Under the pieces are notes generated by a model, which worked only from the letters and a program-made list of their open reading frames with translations, did no database searches and was not told the DNA's origin. A DNA stretch of 64,000 nucleotides from a virus. The stretch covers positions 1 to 64,000 of the IMG/VR virus record IMGVR_UViG_3300032236_000879, one strand, 5' to 3'. The position numbers and the translations under genes were made by a program. This document shows, piece after piece, positions 8,948-18,331 of the stretch (positions are counted from its first letter, which is position 1; each line of letters opens with the position of its first letter).

Positions 8948-11900
8948 TCAATATGCATGTTTTAATAACTTCTGTTGGACATGATTGGTGCTTTCTATCT
9001 TGCCAATCACCCGGTCAAATTTATGTGCCATAGATCGAACCATTTCTGTGGTCAATCCCTTATTCTTTGTAGTAGGGGTAGTAGTATAATTAGGATTTGG
9101 TTTTGATACAGATTTTGTTACATTGTGTTGCAATTCATTAATTACAGCATCTTCAGACGTTGAAGCTATTTTAGTTAAGATTGAATTTGAGTCTAACGGA
9201 ATCACTAATTCAGTTCCATGTAATTCTATTGGATAGCCATCATGAGGTCCCTCAAATAAACCACCAACTTTTGCTTTCATAGCACCATCCCGAATCATTG
9301 CAATATCTTCTTGCGCTCTTCTACCGACTTGTTTAGCCCATTTACTACCTTCTAATTGATTAGCCGCTCCATGTAGGTCCCCTGCATCTAATGCTCGCGT
9401 AAAGTTAGGCCATTTTCTATACCAAGCAGGCCCTAAATTGAATGTCATATCAATCAGTGCCCCCTTTCCTCTTTCATTTAATCTATTAAAACCGGGAATA
9501 CCCGATGCAGCCTGAGCATGTCTCGTATAATCTTGTTGGAACATTGCTTTGACTTCATCTTTAGAAAACTCCCTATTATATTGAGGAGGTAGACTATGTC
9601 CATCTCCAATCAAATGTCCGACACCTACTGTCCATAGTCCCAAAGAATCTTTATACGGTCTAGTTCTTACTCCTTCATGTCCGGCAATAGTATCCATGAT
9701 CCAGTTACCGAATGAACCAAATGCACCAGCCACTGCGTTAAATGCACCGGATCCCATTTTACCTAACCAACTTCCAGCAGAACCTATAGCACCAGCTGTT
9801 GCACCTACCACACCACCTGCTATTGCTGCCGCCCCATTTGCCAATCCAGTGAGTGCTTTACCCAAATTACCTGAATCTGCTGAAAGTATACCCATAGCTT
9901 TTGAAAAATTCAAGAATGCTTGGGTATTTTCTGTAACTTTAGGTCCTATATCAATAGCTGCGAATTTTTTAAAACTGTCCAAAGGACCATCTATACTAAA
10001 TAATCTACCGATTGCGGCTCCTGCAATAGTGCTTATTGTATCTTCAAAGCTGCCGGTTCCTTTGAATGATGCCATTGCTTTTGCAAAATAAACAAATGAA
10101 TCTGCATTTGTTTTAACCGCCTTTGAGTCAATTTTTAATCTTGAAAAATTTTCTAAATCTTTATAAGGAGGCTTAGCTCCGAATAACTTACTAATACTAC
10201 CGTATACTCCTTTTACTGCATCTGCAATGGCACGTCCGGCACCCAATGCCGAAATTGCAGCCATTGCTTTTGCATAAGCCATTAGTGAGGCGCCGTTATC
10301 TTCTATCTTTTTCCGATCAAGATTCATTTTTTGCAATCTGTTTAGGAGTTCAGATACTTGTGTTAACGGATCCTTATCACCGGTGAAAAATCTTACTATA
10401 GTTCCCATAGCATTTGACATAGCACCTGCGCCCATAGCAAGTATACCCACTCCTAACCCTGCCATACCTATTCCTGCTTGTTTTAGATTTTCTCCATTAA
10501 TTTCATTAAATGACTTCAATCCTTTAGAAAGAGAAGGCAATGATGCGCCTATTATGTAAACTGCTCCTGCTATGCCAGCACCAAATTCAGCTATCGCAGT
10601 CGCTAGCACACCGGCACCTAAGATTACCTGAGGTGCAGCTTTACCTGCATCAGATAATGCACCTGCAATAGATTTCAAAGATTCAGCGAATCCTTGTTTA
10701 GGGCTTGCATTCACCTGTTCTTTTGATTTTCTACCCATTAACTTTTCAGGCAGCACATTTTCAGATACCATTGCTGCTTCTTCGGCAATCTCTGCCTTTT
10801 CAGCAGTTGGTATATTTTTTCCAAATAATGATGATATGAATTGTTTTCCGGCCTTAGTTGCTCTTGATGCAATTATTGTAGTAAACGCAGCAGTTATAAC
10901 TGTAGCTGTAGTAGCAAACAATGCAAACATTCCAGTATTTCCTAGCAATGGATTCATAGACGCTACTAAATCATCGACTACTTGACCTGCATCAATCTGC
11001 ATTTGAGTCATTTTATTTCTAGCTTGTTGTGCCGGATCAGTAGCTACTGGTCCCTTTTTATTCTTATTATCTTCTATGAGTTTGCGAGCAATATTCCCCT
11101 GAGCCCTAAAATCATCAAGTGATTTATTTAAATTTTCTGTGCTACTTTCTATGTATTGTTGATTAAATCCATACTGTTTTGCAACACCTTCATTAAACGT
11201 TGCCGCAGTTCCCATATTTTGTAGATTTCGTTTATACCCTTGAACCTGTTGATCCATTAATTGTGCACGAGCTTCTCCGATGCCCTTTTCAGCTTCAATA
11301 GATTCATATGATCGATTCATTTGATCTTTCAAAATTTTATCAAGATCAATGTTACGCCTTAGCAGGGTCACACTAGCATTAGTATACATCCCTGTAGCTA
11401 ATTTACTTTGTACTGCTGTTAAATATTCTGCATCATGTGTTTGTTCTGCGGTGTTAAGCAACTGATCTTCAATTGCTAATCGCTTTCTTATTTCATTTTG
11501 CCTTTCTATCTTAGTTTTTGGATCATCCAGTTCTGCTTGTAACCGGGCTTGATGTATTTGAATATCAAAATTAGCTTTAGCCTTCAACATGCCCTTTTTA
11601 GCTTCTTCTGCATTTCTATTTGTGATCGTAGAAATCATAGTAATAGTTTCAGCATATTCTAGTGCATGTTTTTGTGCTACACCTGTTTCTACTGCATTTT
11701 TGTCTAGTATCAATCCAGATTGTGTTTGCAGTTCAACATAGTCGGCCATTCTATCCATAAGTTGTTCTTGGCTAACACCTAAACGCTGGAAGGCTTGCCG
11801 TTGTTCTGCACTAACAGCAAACATTTTTGCAAGCTGTTTTATTCCATTGCCGGTATTTCCACCAAGCGCAATCAAACTAGTTCTAGCATGGTCTGTTGCT

Positions 11901-12478
11901 TTAGTAAAAACCTCAATATTTTGTGAAGTTAAACCTGCATTATGAGCCATATCATATAGGTCTTTAGAAGTGACCTGTCCGACTGCGCCCATATTAGAAA
12001 GAGAATCAACCCCTTTCAATATTCCATCAGCTTGTTTAAATGCTTGTTCAGTTATTTTACTAAGAACAAAAAATGATCCGCCTACTGCCATTCCTAAGGC
12101 ATTGAAACTAGATCCTAATTTAAGAGATGTTTTTCCTAATTGGTTTACAGTGCTACCGTACTTAGTAAACCCGGCTTCGCTGCTTAGAACCGTTTGATAA
12201 AAAGTTTTTGATGCTTCCCACAATCCTTTGAATGCTTCTGCTATATTAGTTGATGCATTTTGTACTGTGTCTGCTGCTTTTTTATCGGCTTCGGTTCGTT
12301 TGTTTATTGCTGCTGTATTGCTATCTTGAGCATTAATACCTGCCCGTTTGATAATTGTATCTTTTTCAGCAACTCCGGTTACAACTGCTACTTGATCAAC
12401 CACACCTACTAGATTACCAGTGAAACTTGTGATAGTGTCTGCTAGTTGTGCTAATTCTAATTGTAAATTTTGGTCCAC
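8948..12478 (-). CDS. tape-measure-like protein with C-terminal T4-type (GH24) lysozyme domain
   Basis: Long helical Ala/Gly-rich body; HEGVRTRPYKDSLGLWTVGVGH (E-x8-D-x5-T) near 9620-9690. Confidence 0.8.
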   Translation of the reverse strand: MDQNLQLELAQLADTITSFTGNLVGVVDQVAVVTGVAEKDTIIKRAGINAQDSNTAAINKRTEADKKAADTVQNASTNIAEAFKGLWEASKTFYQTVLSSEAGFTKYGSTVNQLGKTSLKLGSSFNALGMAVGGSFFVLSKITEQAFKQADGILKGVDSLSNMGAVGQVTSKDLYDMAHNAGLTSQNIEVFTKATDHARTSLIALGGNTGNGIKQLAKMFAVSAEQRQAFQRLGVSQEQLMDRMADYVELQTQSGLILDKNAVETGVAQKHALEYAETITMISTITNRNAEEAKKGMLKAKANFDIQIHQARLQAELDDPKTKIERQNEIRKRLAIEDQLLNTAEQTHDAEYLTAVQSKLATGMYTNASVTLLRRNIDLDKILKDQMNRSYESIEAEKGIGEARAQLMDQQVQGYKRNLQNMGTAATFNEGVAKQYGFNQQYIESSTENLNKSLDDFRAQGNIARKLIEDNKNKKGPVATDPAQQARNKMTQMQIDAGQVVDDLVASMNPLLGNTGMFALFATTATVITAAFTTIIASRATKAGKQFISSLFGKNIPTAEKAEIAEEAAMVSENVLPEKLMGRKSKEQVNASPKQGFAESLKSIAGALSDAGKAAPQVILGAGVLATAIAEFGAGIAGAVYIIGASLPSLSKGLKSFNEINGENLKQAGIGMAGLGVGILAMGAGAMSNAMGTIVRFFTGDKDPLTQVSELLNRLQKMNLDRKKIEDNGASLMAYAKAMAAISALGAGRAIADAVKGVYGSISKLFGAKPPYKDLENFSRLKIDSKAVKTNADSFVYFAKAMASFKGTGSFEDTISTIAGAAIGRLFSIDGPLDSFKKFAAIDIGPKVTENTQAFLNFSKAMGILSADSGNLGKALTGLANGAAAIAGGVVGATAGAIGSAGSWLGKMGSGAFNAVAGAFGSFGNWIMDTIAGHEGVRTRPYKDSLGLWTVGVGHLIGDGHSLPPQYNREFSKDEVKAMFQQDYTRHAQAASGIPGFNRLNERGKGALIDMTFNLGPAWYRKWPNFTRALDAGDLHGAANQLEGSKWAKQVGRRAQEDIAMIRDGAMKAKVGGLFEGPHDGYPIELHGTELVIPLDSNSILTKIASTSEDAVINELQHNVTKSVSKPNPNYTTTPTTKNKGLTTEMVRSMAHKFDRVIGKIESTNHVQQKLLKHAY

Positions 12479-12493
12479 TGTTAATCTTCCGTG

Positions 12494-15400
12494 TTATGAC
12501 ATTGAATATTTCAGAATTTTAGATTGGGTATTATGACTATTATCTAGTGCAGTAAGAACATGATCTAATTTGTGATTTATCATATTGTACAATTCTAAAT
12601 TTAACATCCCTTGATCTTCTGGAACCAGCTGCGTATGCTCAGTCAATGCGTTCATTGTTTTGATCTGATTCAGAGATTCTACATTAGTCCTTGCTAATTT
12701 CATTAATAAAGAATCTAGTTTAAGAGGAGCTAATTTTTTTCCGGTAGGCATTGAAGGAACACCCGGTTCATCTACTGTATTGCTAAAAATACCACCGTCT
12801 CTAGCTTTCATAGTAGCTGCTCTTTTAAGCCAAGCCGGAGTAGAAGCAGCAGTATAATCTGCTCCCCATAATGTTAATTGCGGATGTGAATCATCGATGT
12901 GAATATGATTTCCTTCACCGCCTATGCCAGTAAATCCTGCTCGTATTGCAGATTGTACGACGGCAGTTTGATCTCCGGTTATTCCTAGATCAAGTGCCCT
13001 TTTAACTACGTGTGGATTATTCTTGCCGCTTATTGTACCCTTAGGTGTTATCCACCCTTCAGGTCTTGCACCACTTGTAACATATATGGATTTATTACCC
13101 AATGCACCTTGTACTTTACCAAACTTTTGTAACGTATTGGGGTCAACACCTTCAGTCTTACCTATAAATCTGTTATAGATTGATTTACCAAATTCTATTG
13201 CACTTTGGGACAGTGAGCCGGTTGCTCCGATAATCGACCCTGCCGCGCTTGCTCCGCTTTTTCCTCCAGATTGGAAACTCTGTGCAATACCGCCAAAAAA
13301 TCCTCCTCCGGATGCATTTTCTCCACCACCTGCAGGTTTTTCTCCGCTATTAGGTAAAGAATTATTTCCTCCTCCGGATTTAGCAGCTAGCATATTAGCT
13401 GATTGTGCATACTTATAAAAGGCATCAGCGTTGTCTTTAGCTTTAGAACCAAAATCCATTTTTGCAAATTTACCAAATGCTTCGACTGGACCGTCACCGC
13501 CAAATATCTTATTAAATCCTGCTCCTGCTAAGGAACTTATAGTATCTATTAATCCGGGTCCGCCCTTATAAGCAGACATCGCATTAGCAAATGCAATAAA
13601 TGCAGTAGAGTTTGAATTTGCTTTCCCTGCATCGATCTTGAGATTAGAAAAGTAAGTAAATTGATCAATCGGCGGTTTCCCACCAAAGAATTTTGAGATT
13701 CCTCCTGCTATTGCTCCTCCTGCTTCTGCAAGTGTACCTAATGTCCCTAATGAAGAAGTAGCAGCCATAGCTTTAGCAAAAGCAACCAATGCATCTGAAT
13801 TGTTTTGAACTTTTGTTTTGTCAAAATTGAATTGTTGAAGTTCAATAACTTGGGTTGAAACTTTTTGTATAGGATTAGTATTGCCGGTAAAGAATTGCAT
13901 GATATTACCGACTGCACCTACTATTTGGCCGCTGCCCATAGCAAGTATTCCTGCTCCTAATCCCGCCATTCCAATACCAACTTGTTTAAGATTAGGACCA
14001 TTCAACTTATCAAATGCTTTTAATCCATTTGCAAGAGACGGCATTGCTTTTCCCATAACCCAAGTTGCACCTGCTAAGCCTGCACCAATCGCAGTAATCG
14101 CAGCTCCAATTGCACCTGCACCTAAAACTATGTAAGCCGGAGTAGGGGGTTTACCTGCTAGAGCAAGACCTTCTACGATTCCCTTCAAGAACCCACCTGC
14201 TACGCCGCCACCTGAATTCGCTGCCTTATTAAGATTCTGCAAGCCTACATCTGCTGCGCCGTTTGCAGCTTTTCCGACAAGCGCCTTTTCACCTTCTTGC
14301 ACAGCTTCTGTGGTTATTTTTTTTCTACCTAGTATTCCCATTAGACCGCCGCCCGAACCGCCTAGCATTCCCATCAAACCACCTGTAATACCGGATGTGC
14401 CGCCGCCTCCTTTTTTACCCCTAAACAGTATGGCTGCTGTCAATATCGCAGCAACACCTGTAGCAGCAACTGCAAGAGCTTTTAATGCACCTGTATTTCC
14501 TAATAAAGGATTCATTGACTTTACCAAATCATCCACAGTTTGTCCTGCATAAATCTCCATATTAGTCAAGTTATTTCTAGCAACTTGTGCAGGATCTTGG
14601 TCCGTTTGGGCATTTGTCGTGCCGTCTTCAGGATTGCCTGTTTTTTCTCTAGCTAATCTATATCTTTCTTTAGTTTGCTCTAGTGTTTCTTTTCCTAATT
14701 TTGCTGCATTAATTTGCATCTCTGAACTTTGTAGGGTCCCTTCAGCAAAGTCTTTGTTAAAAGTCGCAACTGTTCCTAAATTTTTATTATTTCTTTTAGT
14801 TGCCTCAGCAAGTTCATGTGTTAATCCTGCAGTGATATCACCGGCTAATTTTTGTTTTCTAAGTTCTTCTATACTAAGTTTATTGGCTTCTGCGTCAATT
14901 TTTTCCTCATTGACTCCTGCCCTCAATAACACGCTACTAAGAGGTCCATATGCTCCGGTTGCAAGTTTTTCTTGATAAGCTGCTAATATTCTTGGGTCTT
15001 TTGTTGCGGCTGCTGCTGTTAATTTTTGATTTTCAATTAACAGTTGTCTCTCTGCTGCTTCTCGTTGTGCTTTGGGTAGACTTTCATCATCCATTTGTGC
15101 TTGGAGTTTAGCCTGATGTATCTGAATATTAGTTGCAGCATGGGCTCTTTCTTGATCAGCTTGTGCTTCTTTTGCATTTTGTGAAGTGGCTGCAGCAATT
15201 ACCGATAAATCTTTAGCATACTCTAAAGATAGTCTTTGTAATGTTCCGTCAGCTATATCTTTTTTGCTGATCGCCATACCAGATTTAAGCTGCAACTGAA
15301 TGTAATCAGTCTGACGCTGCATCAATTCTTCTTGACTTACACCCAAACGCTGAAAAGCATTACGTTGTTTGGTCGTTACTGAAACTAAATTTCCTAATTC

Positions 15401-16054
15401 TTTGATGCCATCTCCGGCGGTAAGACCCAAAGAAATTAAGCTACCACTAAGGGTGTTAGCTGTTTTTGTAAATATCTGAAGATTATGTGAATTGAGTCCC
15501 ATTCGGTGACCCATTTTATACATCTCATCAGATGTTATTTGTCCAGCAGCACCGATCTCAGATAGATCGTCAATTCCTTTTAAAAGTCCATCAGCTTGTT
15601 TAAATCCTGCTTCTGTTGCTTTACCGATAGCAAAACTTAATCCACCTAGTAGTTTACCAAATATACCAAAGTTTTTTCCAACATTCCATGCAGCTTCACC
15701 TAAACTACTAACTGTACTTCCGTACTTCTCAAATCCTGCTTGATTACTTAAAACTGCTTTAGAGAAGCTATCTAATGCCGATCTTGCCCCGTTGAATCCT
15801 TTTTGAAGGTTGCCAGATACTTCTTTTATTGTTTCTGCTGCTTTTTTATCAGTTTCTTCCTTCTTAGAAATACCGGCAGTACTATCATTATTGGCAGTAG
15901 TGTTTCGTGTAGTTGAAGTTTTATTCTGTTCATTGGCTTTATTTAATTCATCAAAAGATTTTATAACTTTAGACAAAGCAGTAGTTTGGCTAACCAATAC
16001 TCTATTAAGCTCGGTTATAGATTGCTGTAATTCTAAAATTTCTTCAGGATCCAT
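12494..16054 (-). CDS. tape-measure-like paralogue with C-terminal M15-like peptidase domain
   Basis: Paralogous to 8948-12478 (AFQRLGVSQE, DPAQ.ARN, VDDLV.SMNPLLGNTG); VTSGARP...PHVVKRALD...HIHID (H-x6-D...H). Confidence 0.72.
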   Translation of the reverse strand: MDPEEILELQQSITELNRVLVSQTTALSKVIKSFDELNKANEQNKTSTTRNTTANNDSTAGISKKEETDKKAAETIKEVSGNLQKGFNGARSALDSFSKAVLSNQAGFEKYGSTVSSLGEAAWNVGKNFGIFGKLLGGLSFAIGKATEAGFKQADGLLKGIDDLSEIGAAGQITSDEMYKMGHRMGLNSHNLQIFTKTANTLSGSLISLGLTAGDGIKELGNLVSVTTKQRNAFQRLGVSQEELMQRQTDYIQLQLKSGMAISKKDIADGTLQRLSLEYAKDLSVIAAATSQNAKEAQADQERAHAATNIQIHQAKLQAQMDDESLPKAQREAAERQLLIENQKLTAAAATKDPRILAAYQEKLATGAYGPLSSVLLRAGVNEEKIDAEANKLSIEELRKQKLAGDITAGLTHELAEATKRNNKNLGTVATFNKDFAEGTLQSSEMQINAAKLGKETLEQTKERYRLAREKTGNPEDGTTNAQTDQDPAQVARNNLTNMEIYAGQTVDDLVKSMNPLLGNTGALKALAVAATGVAAILTAAILFRGKKGGGGTSGITGGLMGMLGGSGGGLMGILGRKKITTEAVQEGEKALVGKAANGAADVGLQNLNKAANSGGGVAGGFLKGIVEGLALAGKPPTPAYIVLGAGAIGAAITAIGAGLAGATWVMGKAMPSLANGLKAFDKLNGPNLKQVGIGMAGLGAGILAMGSGQIVGAVGNIMQFFTGNTNPIQKVSTQVIELQQFNFDKTKVQNNSDALVAFAKAMAATSSLGTLGTLAEAGGAIAGGISKFFGGKPPIDQFTYFSNLKIDAGKANSNSTAFIAFANAMSAYKGGPGLIDTISSLAGAGFNKIFGGDGPVEAFGKFAKMDFGSKAKDNADAFYKYAQSANMLAAKSGGGNNSLPNSGEKPAGGGENASGGGFFGGIAQSFQSGGKSGASAAGSIIGATGSLSQSAIEFGKSIYNRFIGKTEGVDPNTLQKFGKVQGALGNKSIYVTSGARPEGWITPKGTISGKNNPHVVKRALDLGITGDQTAVVQSAIRAGFTGIGGEGNHIHIDDSHPQLTLWGADYTAASTPAWLKRAATMKARDGGIFSNTVDEPGVPSMPTGKKLAPLKLDSLLMKLARTNVESLNQIKTMNALTEHTQLVPEDQGMLNLELYNMINHKLDHVLTALDNSHNTQSKILKYSMS

Positions 16055-16099
16055 TTACATTCCAATTTTGATAAAATAAATAATTAGGATTTTACCCAC

Positions 16100-16123
16100 T
16101 AAATACATAACAATGTATTTATT
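16100..16123. promoter_or_regulatory. face-to-face late promoters forming an inverted repeat
   Basis: TAAATACAT-aaca-ATGTATTTA between divergent genes 16054(-) and 16158(+). Confidence 0.55.
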
Positions 16124-16157
16124 ACAAATATAAAACCTATTTTTTAAGAGGAACTAT

Positions 16158-16985
16158 ATGGATAACAACCCATTAAAGCAGTATTTCAGAAGACCATCAG
16201 TTTACATGAAATTGCCGTCACAAGGTCAAGGATATCCGGTAGGAGCACTAGACCTACCGGTAACAGGAGAAATTCCAGTTTACCCTATGACAGCAATCGA
16301 CGAGATTACTACTAGAACTCCTGACGCTTTATTTAACGGTACTGCAATTGCAGACTTGATAGCTAGCTGTTTGCCTAATATTAAGGATCCTTGGGCAGTT
16401 CCTAATGTTGATCTTGATGCTATTTTGGTTGCAATTAAAGCAGCATCTTCTCCTTCAGGTGAAATGGATTTAGATACAGCATGTCCTAATTGCAATGAAG
16501 TATCTACATATAAAGTGAATCTTTCAGCCATACTCACTTCAATTGCTAGCCCGGATTTTTCTAAAGAATTAGAAATGGGTGAACTCAGGGTGAAGTTGAA
16601 GGCAGTCAGTTTTAAGGACATAAACACTGCATCTATCAAACAATTTGAATTCCAAAAAATAGCTACCCAGATCGAATCGATAGAAGATGATACACAGCGT
16701 AACAAATTATTAAAAGAATCATTGGAGAAGGTAACTGAACTCACAATGGAGTTAGTATGTCATGCAATTGAATATATTCAAACACCAAACGTGAAGGTAG
16801 ATCAAAAAGAATATATTCTTGAATTCTTAAGGCAGTGTGATCGTAATGTATATGTCACTATTAGAGACCGCAGTTCAGAATTACGTCAGGTGAGCGAAAT
16901 TAAACCAGTAAATATCACATGCGATAGTTGCCAGCACCAGTACGAACAATCAATCACACTAAATCCAACGGATTTTTTCGACTAA
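16158..16985 (+). CDS. baseplate hub assembly protein (gp26-like)
   Basis: NPLKQYFRRP, VYPMTAIDE, DLDAILVAIKAAS, two CxxC motifs, C-terminal DFF. Confidence 0.75.
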   Translation: MDNNPLKQYFRRPSVYMKLPSQGQGYPVGALDLPVTGEIPVYPMTAIDEITTRTPDALFNGTAIADLIASCLPNIKDPWAVPNVDLDAILVAIKAASSPSGEMDLDTACPNCNEVSTYKVNLSAILTSIASPDFSKELEMGELRVKLKAVSFKDINTASIKQFEFQKIATQIESIEDDTQRNKLLKESLEKVTELTMELVCHAIEYIQTPNVKVDQKEYILEFLRQCDRNVYVTIRDRSSELRQVSEIKPVNITCDSCQHQYEQSITLNPTDFFD

Positions 16986-17209
16986 CGCTTCTTAAATCTG
17001 TGCCCGAACAGATTAAGAAGCTGATTGATTCATACGAAGAAGAGGTTGATTCTATCAAGAAATCATCATTGGAAATGGCCTGGCACATGAGGGGCGGTGC
17101 TACATATGAAGATATTTTGAACATGTCTTTTCAAGAAAGACTAAGCATCAATAAGATGATAGAAGAACATCTAGAGATCACAAAAAAATCACAGATGCCA
17201 TATTTCTAG
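16979..17209 (+). CDS. gp51-like small hub chaperone, probably expressed by -1 frameshift from the upstream ORF
   Basis: WHMRGGATYEDILNMSFQER motif; no SD-supported start; overlaps upstream ORF in the -1 frame at T TTT TTC. Confidence 0.6.
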   Translation, partial: RLTLLKSVPEQIKKLIDSYEEEVDSIKKSSLEMAWHMRGGATYEDILNMSFQERLSINKMIEEHLEITKKSQMPYF

Positions 17210-17248
17210 TGAGGGGAACTATTCATTTAGTTCTCCTTACTTTTTGTT
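17209..17248 (+). terminator. intrinsic terminator
   Basis: 13-bp stem GTGAGGGGAACTA/TAGTTCTCCTTAC (two G-U pairs) followed by TTTTTGTT. Confidence 0.75.
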
Positions 17249-17363
17249 CTCATTGGGAGTTGTCCTTCAGACAACTTATACCTCACTCACTCCGTTCGTT
17301 TCGGTATATTCTTTTTCATTCTCTATAAAGGTAACTCGTCATTTAATCTTTTCTTTAAACCAA

Positions 17364-17735
17364 TTGCCGGTTTAGAGCCATGGTAGTGCTATTCAGCACT
17401 ACCAATGGTTTAGGACACTGCCATGGCCCGTCACCTTTGCCGTCTATCCCCCGTCAATCTAGCTTTTTGTGCTGATTGACGCCACCGGTTGCCCTGTAAA
17501 GTTCGCTGGGGCTGTAGTGAGGCTATCTTTCGATTCCTCGGCAACGCATGTTCTGTGACTTCAAGACAGAATAGATCACAGACTCATTCAGGGTTCGTCT
17601 ACCTAACGAGAGCCCTGTCGGTATTCCGTAGACTGTTACATCCACGCACTTTGAAGGAATGCACCTTCGACTCCAGAATCCGTTCGCAGTGTTTCATGCG
17701 TTCTCAAGGAGAGTCGAGCTACCCCGACCAAACAG
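17364..17735 (-). ncRNA. candidate large structured non-coding RNA (family not recognised)
   Basis: No credible ORF, GC-richer than its flanks, about ten nested helices; most G-U pairs and a GAAA tetraloop favour the minus strand. Confidence 0.6.
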
Positions 17736-17759
17736 CTATGTAGGGTTCTGTGGGTTTTA

Positions 17760-18323
17760 TTAAGTGTTGATTGTTAGTACGTTTGCGCTAGACTTGGTGT
17801 CAATATGTGTACTAGATGAGCCAGAATAGACTTTAAGAAGGTCTTTGTTGAGCTTAAAGAAGTGATCAAATTCAATAATAACCCAGTCCCCTAACTTAGC
17901 GGAACTGTAATAGACAAAGTTGTCCGTAACCCAAGTGCATCGTGTTTGCACAGCAACGTACTTGCCCTTGCGGTTGAACTTCATGAATAGGATGTTGCAG
18001 TCATCATCTTCTGCTACATCCATCAGTTGTCCTAACCAAGATTCAAGTTGCTTGCAATCGCCTGACAACAGCAGATGAAAGGGGAAGTCACCATATGACT
18101 TACACTCTGCATTAAACTTAGTAAAGGTTTGTCCAGGAACGATATCGCCTTTGAAACTACGAACCTGTCCCTCATGCAAATACTGCTTGCGAGCTTGATT
18201 CTTTCCTCCCACATAAGCGCCTGAGCCAGGAGCCCTGATGAAACTCTCTTTGTAGAGATCAGAGAGGTACTTTGCGACCTCTCTTTCGAACGATGAACCT
18301 TTGGCTTTACTTGGTGACGGCAT
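17760..18323 (-). CDS. PD-(D/E)XK nuclease, Holliday junction resolvase-like
   Basis: SKAKGSSFEREVAKYL...GSGA...GDIVP...AECKSY, Hjc-like signature. Confidence 0.75.
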   Translation of the reverse strand: MPSPSKAKGSSFEREVAKYLSDLYKESFIRAPGSGAYVGGKNQARKQYLHEGQVRSFKGDIVPGQTFTKFNAECKSYGDFPFHLLLSGDCKQLESWLGQLMDVAEDDDCNILFMKFNRKGKYVAVQTRCTWVTDNFVYYSSAKLGDWVIIEFDHFFKLNKDLLKVYSGSSSTHIDTKSSANVLTINT

Positions 18324-18331
18324 ACTATAAT

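Noticed and set aside
17364-17735. tmRNA, RNase P, tRNA or group I/II intron identity
   Set aside because: No tRNA-like ends or CCA, no GAGGAAAGUCC, no interrupted host gene, no recognisable intron core.
17489-17743. 84-aa plus-strand ORF in the structured region
   Set aside because: TTG start with no SD, lies after a + strand terminator, atypical composition; better explained by non-coding structure.
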